Below, in pieces: positions 8,777-18,891 of a stretch of 32,000 nt of DNA (positions are counted from its first letter, which is position 1; each line of letters starts with the position of its first letter). Source of the stretch: Yersinia phage vB_YpM_3; the sequence record MT374852.1; one strand, 5' to 3'. The notes beneath the pieces are model-generated. The model had not been told where the DNA came from and made no database searches. It saw nothing but the letters and a program-made list of their open reading frames with translations. The translations under genes and the position numbers were made by a program.

Positions 8777-10076
8777 TCTGGCGTATGCCGCACGCCTCCC
8801 GCCAAAGGAGGCTGTCGCGTATTTCCGCGCCAAAGGCTACAACATCACCTGGAACTGGTACGAACAACTGGCAGACGCGCACGCCCGCGCCTTTACCGTT
8901 GCCAAAGCCACCCGGATGGATGTCCTGACCACAATCCGTGAGGAAGTGGAGCGGGCTGTCAGTGAAGGCATCACCCGTGAGGAATTTACCCGCACACTGG
9001 CCCCCCGGCTGCAAAAACTCGGATGGTGGGGAAAACAAATCATCGTGGATGCAGAGGGAAACGCGAAGGAAATCGAACTGGGCAGTCCGCGTCGTCTGGC
9101 AACCATTTATAACGTCAATACCCGTACGGCGTATGGGGCAGGACGTTATGCGCAGATGATGAATACCGCCGATTTGTACCCGTACTGGCAGTACGTTGCC
9201 GTTATGGATGGCAGAATACGCCCGGAACATGCGCGGCTGCACAATATGGTTTTCCGGTATGACGACATTTTCTGGCAGACGCATTACCCGCCCAATGGCT
9301 GGAACTGCCGCTGTCGCGTCCGGGCGCTGTCTGCGGCCCGCATGAAAGAACTGGGGCTACAGGTCAGTTATGGTGCGTCATTCATGAATACCCGCGAAGT
9401 GGATGCCGGTACGGATGAAAGCACCGGAGAGATTTTCCGCACATCGTCAACCACGTTTGACAACGGTCGGGTAAAAATGACGCCGGATGTGGGCTGGTCA
9501 TATAACCCCGGTTCGGCGGCATTTGGTACGGATCAGGCACTGATTCGAAAACTGGTGGAAATTCACGACGCGCAGCTGCGTGAGCAGGTTGTGCAGACAC
9601 TGAATAACAGCCGGGAGCGTCAGCTTGCTTTTTCCCTCTGGCTTAAACGCCTGGCAGGATCACGTCAGACCGGTCATGAAATCCGGGCGCTGGGGTTTAT
9701 GACGGGATCCGTGGCTGAAGCCGTATATCAGCGCACCGGGAATATGCCAGCCCGTCTGCTTGTAATGAACGGGAAAAGTCTGGCGACCACTGCTGATGCC
9801 GCCCTGAAACCGGAGGATTTACAGCGTCTGCCGTCGCTGATGGCAAAACCACAGGCGGTATTGTGGGACAGGGAGAACCACCAGTTGCTGTATGTTGTGG
9901 CAACCCGTGACGGCACGGCCCGGATTGTGGTCAGAACATCACAGACAGTCGGCAGGCAGAATGACCGGGCGGATGTGCTGGTCAGTATCAGCCGCGTATC
10001 TGCACAGTCGCTTGAAGCCGCGATTGCTGACGGGATGATTGACGTACTGGAGGGGCATGTGGAGGTGAATAAGTGA
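8757..10076 (+). CDS. F: head morphogenesis protein, Mu F / SPP1 gp7 family (gp30)
   Basis: MPQQTIDLAYAARLPPKEAVAYFRAKG...; VMDGRIRPEHARLHNMVFRYDDIFWQTHYPPNGWNCRCRVRALS motif. Confidence 0.92.
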   Translation: MPQQTIDLAYAARLPPKEAVAYFRAKGYNITWNWYEQLADAHARAFTVAKATRMDVLTTIREEVERAVSEGITREEFTRTLAPRLQKLGWWGKQIIVDAEGNAKEIELGSPRRLATIYNVNTRTAYGAGRYAQMMNTADLYPYWQYVAVMDGRIRPEHARLHNMVFRYDDIFWQTHYPPNGWNCRCRVRALSAARMKELGLQVSYGASFMNTREVDAGTDESTGEIFRTSSTTFDNGRVKMTPDVGWSYNPGSAAFGTDQALIRKLVEIHDAQLREQVVQTLNNSRERQLAFSLWLKRLAGSRQTGHEIRALGFMTGSVAEAVYQRTGNMPARLLVMNGKSLATTADAALKPEDLQRLPSLMAKPQAVLWDRENHQLLYVVATRDGTARIVVRTSQTVGRQNDRADVLVSISRVSAQSLEAAIADGMIDVLEGHVEVNK

Positions 10077-10543
10077 GTCTTGATATGAACGTTGCCGTGG
10101 ATGTGCGACGTATTCAGCTTGCGCTGGATGAACTGGGAACCGTCACACGTGACCGCGCCATTCCCCGAGTGATGGCTGCGGCGCTGCTGTCATCCACGGA
10201 ACAGGCATTTGAACGGCAGGCAGACCCGGATACAGGGAAAGGCTGGGAAGCGTGGAGCGATTCGTGGCTGGCATGGCGTCAGGATCATGGTTTTGTTCCG
10301 GGCAGTATCCTTACCCTGCATGGCGATCTGGCACGCAGTATTACCACCGATTATGGACAGGATTATGCCCTGATTGGTTCGCCAAAAATTTATGCTGCCA
10401 TTCATCAGTGGGGCGGTACACCCGATATGGCACCCCGCCCGGCAGGCGTTCCTGCGCGTCCTTATATGGGGCTGGATAAGACCGGGGAACAGGAAATTTT
10501 TGATGCCATCAGAAAACGCGTCAGCGCCGCTCTGAGGCAATAA
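10073..10543 (+). CDS. G: virion morphogenesis / tail completion protein (gp31, G)
   Basis: MSLDMNVAVDVRRIQLALDELGTVTRDRAIPRVMAAALLSSTEQAFERQADPDTGKGWEAWS...; conserved position. Confidence 0.9.
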   Translation: MSLDMNVAVDVRRIQLALDELGTVTRDRAIPRVMAAALLSSTEQAFERQADPDTGKGWEAWSDSWLAWRQDHGFVPGSILTLHGDLARSITTDYGQDYALIGSPKIYAAIHQWGGTPDMAPRPAGVPARPYMGLDKTGEQEIFDAIRKRVSAALRQ

Positions 10544-10673
10544 ACAGAATCAGGCATAAAATCAGCCGCACAGATTTTTTAAAACGCGCCACGGGATTTT
10601 TAAACCGGTATTTAACGGTGTATGAATCCCGTTTTATCTTCCTTCCACTTTCTTTCTCCAGTACTCAAATAGC

Positions 10674-10707
10674 ATAACCCCAGATTTTCCCGCACCTCCC
10701 GCAAACT
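10674..10707 (+). promoter_or_regulatory. candidate C-dependent late promoter PI
   Basis: ATAA half-site at 10674-10677 and -10-like CAAACT at 10702-10707, 24 bp apart as at Pmom and Plys; upstream of the protease gene. Confidence 0.45.
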
Positions 10708-10739
10708 GACTGCTCACAAACCATGATGAGCAGCAGGAC

Positions 10740-11825
10740 ATGAAAAAACACGCGATTGGCATTGCCGCACTGAATGCGCTGTCCATTGACGATGACGGCT
10801 GGTGCCAGTTATTGCCTGCCGGTCATTTCAGTGCCCGTGATGGTCGTCCGTTTGATGTGACAGGCGGTCAGGGGTGGTTCATCGACGGTGAGATTGCCGG
10901 GCGTCTGGTTGAAGGCGTTCGCGCGCTCAACCAGGACGTGCTGATTGATTACGAGCATAACCAGCTACGTAAGGACAAAGGATTACCCCCGGAACAACTC
11001 GTCGCGGCTGGCTGGTTTAACGCCGATGAAATGCAGTGGCGTGAAGGTGAAGGGTTATTTATCCACCCACGCTGGACGGCGGCGGCCCAGCAGCGCATCG
11101 ATGACGGCGAATTTGGTTATCTCTCTGCGGTTTTTCCGTATGACACCGCCACCGGTGCGGTGCTGCAAATCCGCCTTGCTGCGCTGACCAATGACCCCGG
11201 TGCCACCGGCATGAAAAAGCTGACCGCACTGGCGGCAGACCTTCCCGACATCCTTCAACAGGAGAACAAACCCATGAATGAAACGCTGCGCAAGCTGCTT
11301 GCGCGTCTTGGGGTGACGGTCCCCGAAAATGCAGACATCACCGATGAACAGGCAACAGCGGCACTGACCGCGCTGGACACGCTGGAAATTAATGCCGGGA
11401 AAGTGGCGGCGTTGTCTGCCGGACTGGAAAAGGCACAGAAAGCCGCCGTTGACCTGACGAAATACGTCCCGGTGGAAAGCTACAACGCCCTGCGTGATGA
11501 ACTGGCACAGGCGACTGCACAAAGCGCCACAGCCAGCCTGAGCGCCGTTCTGGACAAGGCGGAACAGGAAGGCCGCATTTTCAAAAGTGAACGCACTTAC
11601 CTGGAACAGCTTGGCGGTCAGATTGGCGTGGCGGCACTGTCGGCACAGCTTGAGAAAAAACAGCCCATCGCTGCGTTATCTGCCATGCAGACCACCACAG
11701 CGAAAATCCCGTCGCAGGAAAAAACGGCGGTGGCGGTGCTGTCTGCTGATGAACAGGCAGCAGTGAAGGCGCTCGGCATTACAGAGGCTGAGTATCTGAA
11801 AATGAAACAGGAACAAGAAAAATGA
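10740..11825 (+). CDS. I: prohead protease (gp32, I)
   Basis: MKKHAIGIAALNALSIDDDGWCQLLPAGHFSARDGRP...; VLIDYEHNQ; FGYLSAVFPYD; Mu protease I family. Confidence 0.93.
   Translation: MKKHAIGIAALNALSIDDDGWCQLLPAGHFSARDGRPFDVTGGQGWFIDGEIAGRLVEGVRALNQDVLIDYEHNQLRKDKGLPPEQLVAAGWFNADEMQWREGEGLFIHPRWTAAAQQRIDDGEFGYLSAVFPYDTATGAVLQIRLAALTNDPGATGMKKLTALAADLPDILQQENKPMNETLRKLLARLGVTVPENADITDEQATAALTALDTLEINAGKVAALSAGLEKAQKAAVDLTKYVPVESYNALRDELAQATAQSATASLSAVLDKAEQEGRIFKSERTYLEQLGGQIGVAALSAQLEKKQPIAALSAMQTTTAKIPSQEKTAVAVLSADEQAAVKALGITEAEYLKMKQEQEK
11274..11825 (+). CDS. Z: internal in-frame scaffold protein (gp33, Z-like), nested in I
   Basis: In-frame ATG11274 (MNETLRKLLARLGVTVPEN...) preceded by AACAGGAGAACAAACCC; Mu makes its scaffold by internal initiation in the protease gene. 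Confidence 0.75.
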   Translation: MNETLRKLLARLGVTVPENADITDEQATAALTALDTLEINAGKVAALSAGLEKAQKAAVDLTKYVPVESYNALRDELAQATAQSATASLSAVLDKAEQEGRIFKSERTYLEQLGGQIGVAALSAQLEKKQPIAALSAMQTTTAKIPSQEKTAVAVLSADEQAAVKALGITEAEYLKMKQEQEK

Positions 11826-12739
11826 TTGTCACCCCGGCATCCATTAAAGCCCTGATGACCTCCTGGCGTAAGGATTTTCAGGGCGGTCTTGAAGACGCCC
11901 CGTCGCAGTACAACAAAATTGCAATGGTGGTGAACTCTTCCACCCGCAGTAATACCTATGGCTGGCTGGGTAAATTCCCGACCCTGAAAGAATGGGTGGG
12001 TAAGCGAACCATTCAGCAAATGGAAGCGCATGGCTACTCCATCGCCAATAAAACGTTTGAAGGCACCGTGGGTATTTCCCGTGATGACTTCGAGGATGAC
12101 AATCTGGGTATTTATGCGCCGATTTTTCAGGAGATGGGCCGTTCTGCGGCAGTTCAGCCGGATGAGCTGATTTTTAAACTTCTGAAAGATGGCTTTACCC
12201 AGCCGTGCTATGACGGTCAGAACTTCTTCGACAAGGAGCATCCGGTATATCCGAATGTGGACGGCACGGGCAGCGCGGTTAATACCTCCAACATCGTTGA
12301 GCAGGACAGCTTCAGCGGTCTGCCGTTCTATCTGCTGGACTGCTCCCGCGCAGTCAAACCGCTGATTTTCCAGGAGCGCCGCAAACCGGAACTGGTCGCA
12401 CGTACCCGTATCGATGACGACCACGTTTTTATGGATAACGAGTTCCTGTTTGGTGCCAGCGCCCGGCGTGCTGCCGGTTACGGCTTCTGGCAGATGGCTG
12501 TCGCGGTAAAAGGCGATCTGACGCTGGATAACCTCTGGAAGGGCTGGCAACTGATGCGCTCTTTTGAAGGTGATGGCGGTAAGAAACTGGGCCTGAAGCC
12601 GACGCATATCGTTGTACCGGTCGGGCTGGAAAAAGCCGCAGAGCAACTGCTTAACCGTGAACTGTTCGCGGATGGCAATACCACCGTCTCCAACGAGATG
12701 AAGGGCAAGCTGCAACTGGTTGTCGCTGACTACCTGTAA
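11822..12739 (+). CDS. T: major capsid protein (gp34, T)
   Basis: MIVTPASIKALMTSWRKDFQGGLEDAPSQYNKIAMVVNSSTRSNTYGWLGKFPTLKEWVGKR... Confidence 0.95.
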   Translation: MIVTPASIKALMTSWRKDFQGGLEDAPSQYNKIAMVVNSSTRSNTYGWLGKFPTLKEWVGKRTIQQMEAHGYSIANKTFEGTVGISRDDFEDDNLGIYAPIFQEMGRSAAVQPDELIFKLLKDGFTQPCYDGQNFFDKEHPVYPNVDGTGSAVNTSNIVEQDSFSGLPFYLLDCSRAVKPLIFQERRKPELVARTRIDDDHVFMDNEFLFGASARRAAGYGFWQMAVAVKGDLTLDNLWKGWQLMRSFEGDGGKKLGLKPTHIVVPVGLEKAAEQLLNRELFADGNTTVSNEMKGKLQLVVADYL

Positions 12740-12805
12740 CTGTCATTAAAAGGCGGTTCAGACCGCCTTTTAATCTGATTTAAAGGAAAAGGAGGAGCAT
12801 GTGTT

Positions 12806-13216
12806 ATGTCAGGCACTTCGCTTAATTCACAACGGCTGGACACTTCTCGCATCACTTGCACGGCGATTATTAAATGCCTTCGTCCGGTCTACCGCCGCGC
12901 CGGAATCGCCTTTACACGTGGCGAAAACACCGTGGAAGTCACCGAAGAACAACTGGCGATCATTCGTGCCGACAGCGTGCTGTCTGTGGTATCTGCATCG
13001 TCAGCAGAAACGCTCGCTGAGGCTGGGGGGCTGGACGTTCTGGGTGTGGGCGATCTGAATACCCGTATCCGTGCGACCGTTGCCGGTCTGGATAAGGCAA
13101 ACCCGGAGCACTTTACCGCAGGGGGAGAACCCAAAGTGAAAGCCGTCAGTGCGGCGCTGGGGGAACCGGTGAGCAGTGCGCAAATCAAAGCGGCGCTGGC
13201 TGAGGCGGATGCATGA
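12806..13216 (+). CDS. Mu gp35-like head-region protein
   Basis: 136-aa ORF between capsid and gp36; EITEEQLAIIRADS-like (VEVTEEQLAIIRADSVLSVVSAS) motif. Confidence 0.85.
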   Translation: MSGTSLNSQRLDTSRITCTAIIKCLRPVYRRAGIAFTRGENTVEVTEEQLAIIRADSVLSVVSASSAETLAEAGGLDVLGVGDLNTRIRATVAGLDKANPEHFTAGGEPKVKAVSAALGEPVSSAQIKAALAEADA

Positions 13217-13638
13217 ATTACGCGACGGTAAATGACCTGTGCGCCCGCTATACACGTACGCGGCTGGATATTCTCACCCGCCCTAAAACAGCGGACGGGC
13301 AGCCGGATGATGCCGTGGCAGAACAGGCACTGGCAGATGCTTCGGCCTTTATTGATGGCTATCTCGCCGCGCGCTTTGTTCTGCCGCTTACCGTCGTCCC
13401 CTCACTGCTGAAACGGCAGTGTTGCGTGGTGGCCTGGTTTTATCTGAATGAATCACAACCCACCGAGCAGATCACCGCTGCCTACAGGGACACAGTGCGC
13501 TGGCTGGAACAGGTGCGCGATGGCAAAACAGATCCCGGCGTGGAAAGCAGGACGGCAGCCTCGCCGGATGGTGAAAACCTTGTGCAGGTGCAGTCTGACG
13601 CGCCGGTCTTCTCACGAAAACAGAAGGGGTTTATCTGA
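13213..13638 (+). CDS. J: DUF1320 family (gp36, J)
   Basis: MNYATVNDLCARYTRTRLDILTRPKTADGQPDDAVAEQALADASAFIDGYLAARFVLPL. Confidence 0.88.
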   Translation: MNYATVNDLCARYTRTRLDILTRPKTADGQPDDAVAEQALADASAFIDGYLAARFVLPLTVVPSLLKRQCCVVAWFYLNESQPTEQITAAYRDTVRWLEQVRDGKTDPGVESRTAASPDGENLVQVQSDAPVFSRKQKGFI

Positions 13639-14186
13639 TGCTGGAAGAAACCGAAGCCGCACTGCTGGCGCGCGTTCGTGAGTTGTTTGGGGCAACCCTG
13701 CGGCAGGTGGAACCCCTTACCGGCACATGGACTAACGAGGATGTGCACCGTCTCTTTCTGGCCCCGCCATCGGTATTTCTGGCATGGATGGGCTGTGGTG
13801 AGGGGCGTACGCGTCGGGAAGTTGAAAGTCGCTGGGCATTTTTTGTCGTGGCGGAGTTGCTGAACGGGGAACCGGTAAACCGGCCCGGTATTTATCAGAT
13901 TGTGGAGCGACTGATTGCCGGTGTTAACGGTCAGACGTTTGGCCCGACCACCGGGATGAGACTGACGCAGGTCAGAAATCTTTGTGACGACAACCGTATC
14001 AATGCCGGTGTGGTGCTTTACGGCGTTCTGTTCAGTGGCACTACCCCGCTGCCGTCCGAGGTGGACATGGATTCGCTGGATGATTACGAGCGTCACTGGC
14101 AGACCTGGAAATTCCCGGACGAAACCCCGGAATTTGCCGCACATATCAATGTGAATCAGGAAAAGGATCATGATGCTGAAAATTAA
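13638..14186 (+). CDS. K: DUF1834 family (gp37, K)
   Basis: MLEETEAALLARVRELFGATLRQVEPLTGTWTNEDVHRLFLAPPSVFLAWMGC; conserved position. Confidence 0.87.
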   Translation: MLEETEAALLARVRELFGATLRQVEPLTGTWTNEDVHRLFLAPPSVFLAWMGCGEGRTRREVESRWAFFVVAELLNGEPVNRPGIYQIVERLIAGVNGQTFGPTTGMRLTQVRNLCDDNRINAGVVLYGVLFSGTTPLPSEVDMDSLDDYERHWQTWKFPDETPEFAAHINVNQEKDHDAEN

Positions 14187-14376
14187 ACCCGCAGCGGGAA
14201 AAGCCATCCGTGACCCGCTCACGATGAAATTACTGGCTCCGGAGGGAGAAGAAAAGCCCCGTAACAGTTTCTGGATACGTCGCCTTGCAGCCGGTGATGT
14301 GGTTGAAGTCGGGAGCACCGAAAACACGGCGGATGATACCGACGCTGCGCCGAAAAAACGGAGTAAATCGAAATGA
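14170..14376 (+). CDS. DUF2635 family (gp38)
   Basis: [44 protein letters not shown]. Confidence 0.87.
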   Translation: MMLKIKPAAGKAIRDPLTMKLLAPEGEEKPRNSFWIRRLAAGDVVEVGSTENTADDTDAAPKKRSKSK

Positions 14377-15860
14377 GCGATATTTCATTTAACGCGATCC
14401 CGTCAGATGTTCGCGTTCCTCTGACGTATATCGAATTTGATAACAGTAATGCCGTCAGCGGAACACCGGCACCCCGTCAGCGCGTGCTGATGTTCGGGCA
14501 AAGCGGAAGTAAAGCCAGTGCGGCACCAAACGTGCCTGTCCGTATCCGTTCCGGCTCACAGGCCAGTGCGGCGTTTGGTCAGGGTTCCATGCTGGCACTG
14601 ATGGCAGATGCATTCCTGAACGCTAACCGCGTGGCGGAGCTGTGGTGTATTCCGCAGGGGAACGGCACCGGTAATGCTGCTGTCGGTGAAATTTCACTGT
14701 CAGGAACGGCAGGCGAAAACGGCTCGCTTGTGACTTACATTGCCGGTCAGCGACTGGCGGTATCTGTCGCAGCAGGTGCAACGGGAGCGGCGCTGGCTGA
14801 CCTGCTGGTTGCCCGAATCAAAGGCCAGCCTGATTTACCGGTGACGGCAGAAGTTCGCGCAGACAGCGGGGATGATGACACCCATGCAGATGTGGTTCTG
14901 AGTGCAAAATTTACGGGTGCATTATCTGCCGTGGACGTGCGCTGGAACTATTACGCGGGTGAAACCACCCCTTACGGGATTATCACGGCATTCAAAGCCG
15001 TCTCCGGGAAAAATGGCAACCCGGATATCAGCGCAGGTATCGCGGGAATGGGCGATCTGCAATACAAATATATTGTGATGCCCTATACCGATGAACCGAA
15101 CCTGAATCTGTTACGCACTGAATTGCAGGAACGCTGGGGACCGGTCAATCAGGCTGATGGCTTTGCCGTGACAGTGCTGTCCGGCACGTATGGGGATATT
15201 TCCACGTTTGGTGTCAGTCGTAATGACCATCTGATCTCCTGTATGGGGATTGCCGGTGCACCGGAACCGTCATACCTGTACGCCGCCACACTGTGTGCCG
15301 TTGCCAGCCAGGCGCTTTCCATCGACCCGGCGCGTCCTCTCCAGACGCTGACGTTGCCCGGAAGAATGCCGCCTGCGGTGGGGGATCGTTTCACCTGGTC
15401 AGAACGTAATGCGCTGCTGTTTGACGGCATCTCCACGTTTAACGTGAATGATGGTGGTGAAATGCAGATTGAACGCATGATCACGATGTACCGCACAAAC
15501 AAGTACGGTGACAGCGATCCGTCTTATCTGAACGTGAATACCATCGCCACGCTGAGTTATCTGCGTTATTCGCTGCGAACCCGCATCACGCAGAAATTCC
15601 CGAACTACAAGCTGGCAAGTGATGGCACCCGCTTTGCCACCGGTCAGGCCGTGGTGACGCCATCCGTGATCAAAACGGAGCTGCTGGCACTGTTTGAAGA
15701 ATGGGAAAACGCCGGACTGGTCGAGGATTTCGACACGTTCAAAGAGGAGCTGTATGTGGCACGTAACAAGGACGACAAAGACCGTCTTGATGTGCTGTGC
15801 GGCCCGAATCTGATTAACCAGTTCCGCATTTTCGCGGCACAAGTTCAGTTCATTCTGTAA
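14373..15860 (+). CDS. L: tail sheath protein (gp39, L)
   Basis: 495 aa; [43 protein letters not shown]; sheath C-terminal domain. Confidence 0.95.
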   Translation: MSDISFNAIPSDVRVPLTYIEFDNSNAVSGTPAPRQRVLMFGQSGSKASAAPNVPVRIRSGSQASAAFGQGSMLALMADAFLNANRVAELWCIPQGNGTGNAAVGEISLSGTAGENGSLVTYIAGQRLAVSVAAGATGAALADLLVARIKGQPDLPVTAEVRADSGDDDTHADVVLSAKFTGALSAVDVRWNYYAGETTPYGIITAFKAVSGKNGNPDISAGIAGMGDLQYKYIVMPYTDEPNLNLLRTELQERWGPVNQADGFAVTVLSGTYGDISTFGVSRNDHLISCMGIAGAPEPSYLYAATLCAVASQALSIDPARPLQTLTLPGRMPPAVGDRFTWSERNALLFDGISTFNVNDGGEMQIERMITMYRTNKYGDSDPSYLNVNTIATLSYLRYSLRTRITQKFPNYKLASDGTRFATGQAVVTPSVIKTELLALFEEWENAGLVEDFDTFKEELYVARNKDDKDRLDVLCGPNLINQFRIFAAQVQFIL

Positions 15861-15869
15861 GGAGCATTT

Positions 15870-16226
15870 ATGGCTGGAAATCAGCGTCAGGGGGTGGCGT
15901 TCATCCGTGTCAATGGCATGGAGCTTGAATCAATGGAAGGTGCCTCCTTCACGCCTTCCGGCATCACCCGTGAAGAAGTGACCGGCTCGCGGGTTTATGG
16001 CTGGAAAGGTAAACCACGTGCCGCAAAAGTGGAATGCAAAATTCCGGGCGGCGGTCCCATCGGGCTGGATGAAATTATCGACTGGGAAAACATCACCGTC
16101 GAATTCCAGGCTGATACCGGTGAAACCTGGATGCTGGCGAATGCCTGGCAGGCGGATGAACCGAAAAACGACGGCGGCGAAATTTCGCTGGTACTGATGG
16201 CAAAACAAAGCAAACGCATTGCATAA
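15870..16226 (+). CDS. M: tail tube protein (gp40, M)
   Basis: MAGNQRQGVAFIRVNGMELESMEGASFTPSGITREEVTGSRVYGWKGKPRAAKVEC. Confidence 0.93.
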   Translation: MAGNQRQGVAFIRVNGMELESMEGASFTPSGITREEVTGSRVYGWKGKPRAAKVECKIPGGGPIGLDEIIDWENITVEFQADTGETWMLANAWQADEPKNDGGEISLVLMAKQSKRIA

Positions 16227-16235
16227 GGGGAAACA

Positions 16236-16670
16236 ATGGACGAAATGAATTTAGGTCCTGAAGCACAGGAACTGCATGACAGCATTGTGGCAGAAATTCA
16301 GTCCGGCGTGCTGAAACTGAAAGACGGCCTGCCGTTCGGCACCGGTGACGAGACTGAAATGCAGTATGACGTGACACTGCGTGAACTGAGCGCAGGCGAT
16401 CTGATTGATGCCCAGGCGGCGGCTGAAAAGCTGGTAATGAGCAAGGAAGGCCCGATACTGGTCAGTTCCCCGTCCCGGATGGGACTGGAAATGCTGCGCC
16501 GACAGATTGCCAGCGTGGGCTGCATCAAAGGCCCGCTGTCGATGGCGCTGATTCGTAAACTGTCCGCCGATGACTTCCAGCGTCTGTCGCTGGCCACAGA
16601 AATGTACGACATGGCTGTGGCAGCATCGCTGACACAAGAACGGGGGCGAATGGCTGCGGTGCCGGAATGA
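16236..16670 (+). CDS. Y: tail assembly chaperone, unshifted product (gp41, Y)
   Basis: 144 aa; GGGGGC slippery stretch at 16642-16647 near the 3' end. Confidence 0.9.
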   Translation: MDEMNLGPEAQELHDSIVAEIQSGVLKLKDGLPFGTGDETEMQYDVTLRELSAGDLIDAQAAAEKLVMSKEGPILVSSPSRMGLEMLRRQIASVGCIKGPLSMALIRKLSADDFQRLSLATEMYDMAVAASLTQERGRMAAVPE

Positions 16671-16800
16671 TATTGAGAAAGCGGCGACAGCGATTGGCGT
16701 TATTCTGAAAAGTGGCCCGGAATGGGCCTTGTCCCTCCCGCTGTCCCGCTTTTTCCGGCACTGCCAGCAGGCTAAAACCCTCTCTCAATATCACCGTTAA
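16645..16800 (+). CDS. frameshift extension of the tail assembly chaperone (-2 shift product)
   Basis: Frame open from 16645 to TAA16798-16800: (G)EWLRCRNDIEKAATAIGVILKSGPEWALSLPLSRFFRHCQQAKTLSQYHR; fills the gap before the tape measure gene. Confidence 0.8.
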   Translation, partial: GEWLRCRNDIEKAATAIGVILKSGPEWALSLPLSRFFRHCQQAKTLSQYHR

Positions 16801-16814
16801 ATCAGGAGATTTCT

Positions 16815-18887
16815 GTGACCGGGAAACGCTTAAAGGCGTCTGTCATTATTGATCTTAATGGCAATCTTTCCCGGCGTTCCCGCCAGTATTCGAACCAGAT
16901 AAACGCCCTGTCCCGTAGCGGGCAAAGTTCCCTTCGTGCCCTGCGTATGGAGGTTGTGCGCGTTTCTGGTGCCATTGACAGAATGGGTTCACTGTCAACC
17001 CGTACATTCCGAATGCTGTCAGCCGGGGCGCTGGGTATCGCTGGCGTGGGTTACACCGCCAATAAACTGTTTATTGGTGCAGCCGCCCAGCGTGAGCAGC
17101 AGATCATCGCCATGAACTCGCTGTATCACGGCGATAAGGTCAGAGCGCAGGCCATGATGGCCTGGGCGAAGCAGAACGCGAAGGACACCACGTGGGGGCT
17201 GAGTGGTGTTCTTGATGAGATCCGTTCGTCGAAAGGCTTCGGCATGACGGATGAACAGACGAAACAGTTCATCACCATGTTGCAGGATCAGGGGGCCATG
17301 CACGGCTGGGATTTACCCACTGCACAGGGTGCCTCACTGCAACTGAAACAGATGTTTGCCCGCCAGCAAATCACAGCGGCGGATGCCAACCTGCTGACCG
17401 GTTACGGTATCAACGTTTATCAGGCGCTGGCTGATGCAACGGGAACGGACGTTAAAAAAATCCGTGATCTGGGTACAAAGGGCAAGCTGGGCATGAAATC
17501 CATTCTGACGGTATTCAGAACGCTGTCAGAACAGTCAAAAGGTGCACAGGCCAGTGCGATGAACTCCTGGGACGGGATGTTCGCCCAGATGGAAGCCAAC
17601 CTGCTTGAATTTCGCATAAAGGTGGCAAACAGCGGCCCCTTTGAAGAAATCAAGAACGAGATGCGCCGGGTGCTTAACTGGCACGACATGGCGGATAAAT
17701 CCGGGGAACTTGACGCACTGGCAGAAAACATTGGTCAGAAATTTCTGACCACGTTCAGAACGGTAAAAATCGCGGCGCAGGAATTATGGCGCTGGCTGAA
17801 ACCGGGTAAAGATGCGCTGGCATGGGTTGACCAGAATATTGTCAGCCTGAAAAAACTGGCTGCTGTTCTGGTGTCTGTCTGGCTTGCCAATAAAGCCCTG
17901 AGAGCAGGCTGGGCCGTGGCAAAACCCTCATGGCAGGTTGCCAGTTATCCGTTTAAAACCGGGCGTCGTATGTGGCGCTGGATGCGAAACCGCAAACGTG
18001 GGCAGGCAGGTCTGCCGGTCCCGGATGCCATGACGTCTGAGACGCTGTTGCAGGGTATCGGCATTCAGCGTGTGTTTGTCATCAACTGGCCCCGTGGATT
18101 TGGTGGCTACGGGAGTGGCGGCGGTCGTCGCGGACGGAGCGGCGGAAGAATGGCCCCGCTGTTACCCCGCCAGCCGTTATTGCTGTCCGGGCCACAGCCG
18201 CTGGCATTACCTGCACCACGCCCTGTACTGGCATTACCCCCACCCGGCGTACCGGTAACGGCACGGCCTGCACCATTACCTTTATCCGGTAAATCCGGTC
18301 TTCTGAGCAGGCTTGCAGGCAGTGCTGCCGGGCAACTGGTTACAGGAACGGTCGGAAAGCTGGCTGATGCCGGGCGTGCTGTTGGCGGGTGGTTTTCCGG
18401 TATCGGAAACAAACTTGCAGGCAGTGCGATCGGTCGGGTTGTGACAAAAGGTGCCGGGGCGCTGGGCTGGATGGGGAAAGGTGCCGGTCGTGCGTTGTCA
18501 CGTCTGGGTAGCCCGGTAATGGGGGCACTCCAGCTTGCCCCCGTCCTGATGGATGAGCAGGCGTCAACCCATGAAAAAGCAGGCGCAATTGGCAGTACAG
18601 CCGGTGCATGGCTCGGCGGTGCCGTTGGCAGCCTTGCCGGACCGCTGGGTACGGTTGCCGGTGCCACGCTGGGCAGTGTCGCCGGGGAGTATCTGGGCGG
18701 TTTTGTAACCGACCTGTATCAGAAATGGACGGCCACGGATAAGGAACCGCAGGAACAAAAAGTCAATGCGGAAGCCTCGTTGCGCGTCGAACTCGGCGAG
18801 GGGTTACGTCTGACCAGTTCCCGCGTCACCGAGGATGGTATGGGGCTGAATATTTACGCGGGCGATAACTACATTACGGGCTGGTAA
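16815..18887 (+). CDS. tape measure protein (gp42)
   Basis: 690 aa between chaperone and DNA circularization protein; Pro/Leu-rich linker ([28 protein letters not shown]) and Gly/Ala-rich membrane-like segments. Confidence 0.92.
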   Translation: MTGKRLKASVIIDLNGNLSRRSRQYSNQINALSRSGQSSLRALRMEVVRVSGAIDRMGSLSTRTFRMLSAGALGIAGVGYTANKLFIGAAAQREQQIIAMNSLYHGDKVRAQAMMAWAKQNAKDTTWGLSGVLDEIRSSKGFGMTDEQTKQFITMLQDQGAMHGWDLPTAQGASLQLKQMFARQQITAADANLLTGYGINVYQALADATGTDVKKIRDLGTKGKLGMKSILTVFRTLSEQSKGAQASAMNSWDGMFAQMEANLLEFRIKVANSGPFEEIKNEMRRVLNWHDMADKSGELDALAENIGQKFLTTFRTVKIAAQELWRWLKPGKDALAWVDQNIVSLKKLAAVLVSVWLANKALRAGWAVAKPSWQVASYPFKTGRRMWRWMRNRKRGQAGLPVPDAMTSETLLQGIGIQRVFVINWPRGFGGYGSGGGRRGRSGGRMAPLLPRQPLLLSGPQPLALPAPRPVLALPPPGVPVTARPAPLPLSGKSGLLSRLAGSAAGQLVTGTVGKLADAGRAVGGWFSGIGNKLAGSAIGRVVTKGAGALGWMGKGAGRALSRLGSPVMGALQLAPVLMDEQASTHEKAGAIGSTAGAWLGGAVGSLAGPLGTVAGATLGSVAGEYLGGFVTDLYQKWTATDKEPQEQKVNAEASLRVELGEGLRLTSSRVTEDGMGLNIYAGDNYITGW

Positions 18888-18891
18888 AACC

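Noticed and set aside
18001-18320. Possible repeat array or fused domain in the tape measure gene (Pro/Leu/Gly-rich stretch)
   Set aside because: Low-complexity linker only; no exact tandem repeat and the frame continues normally.
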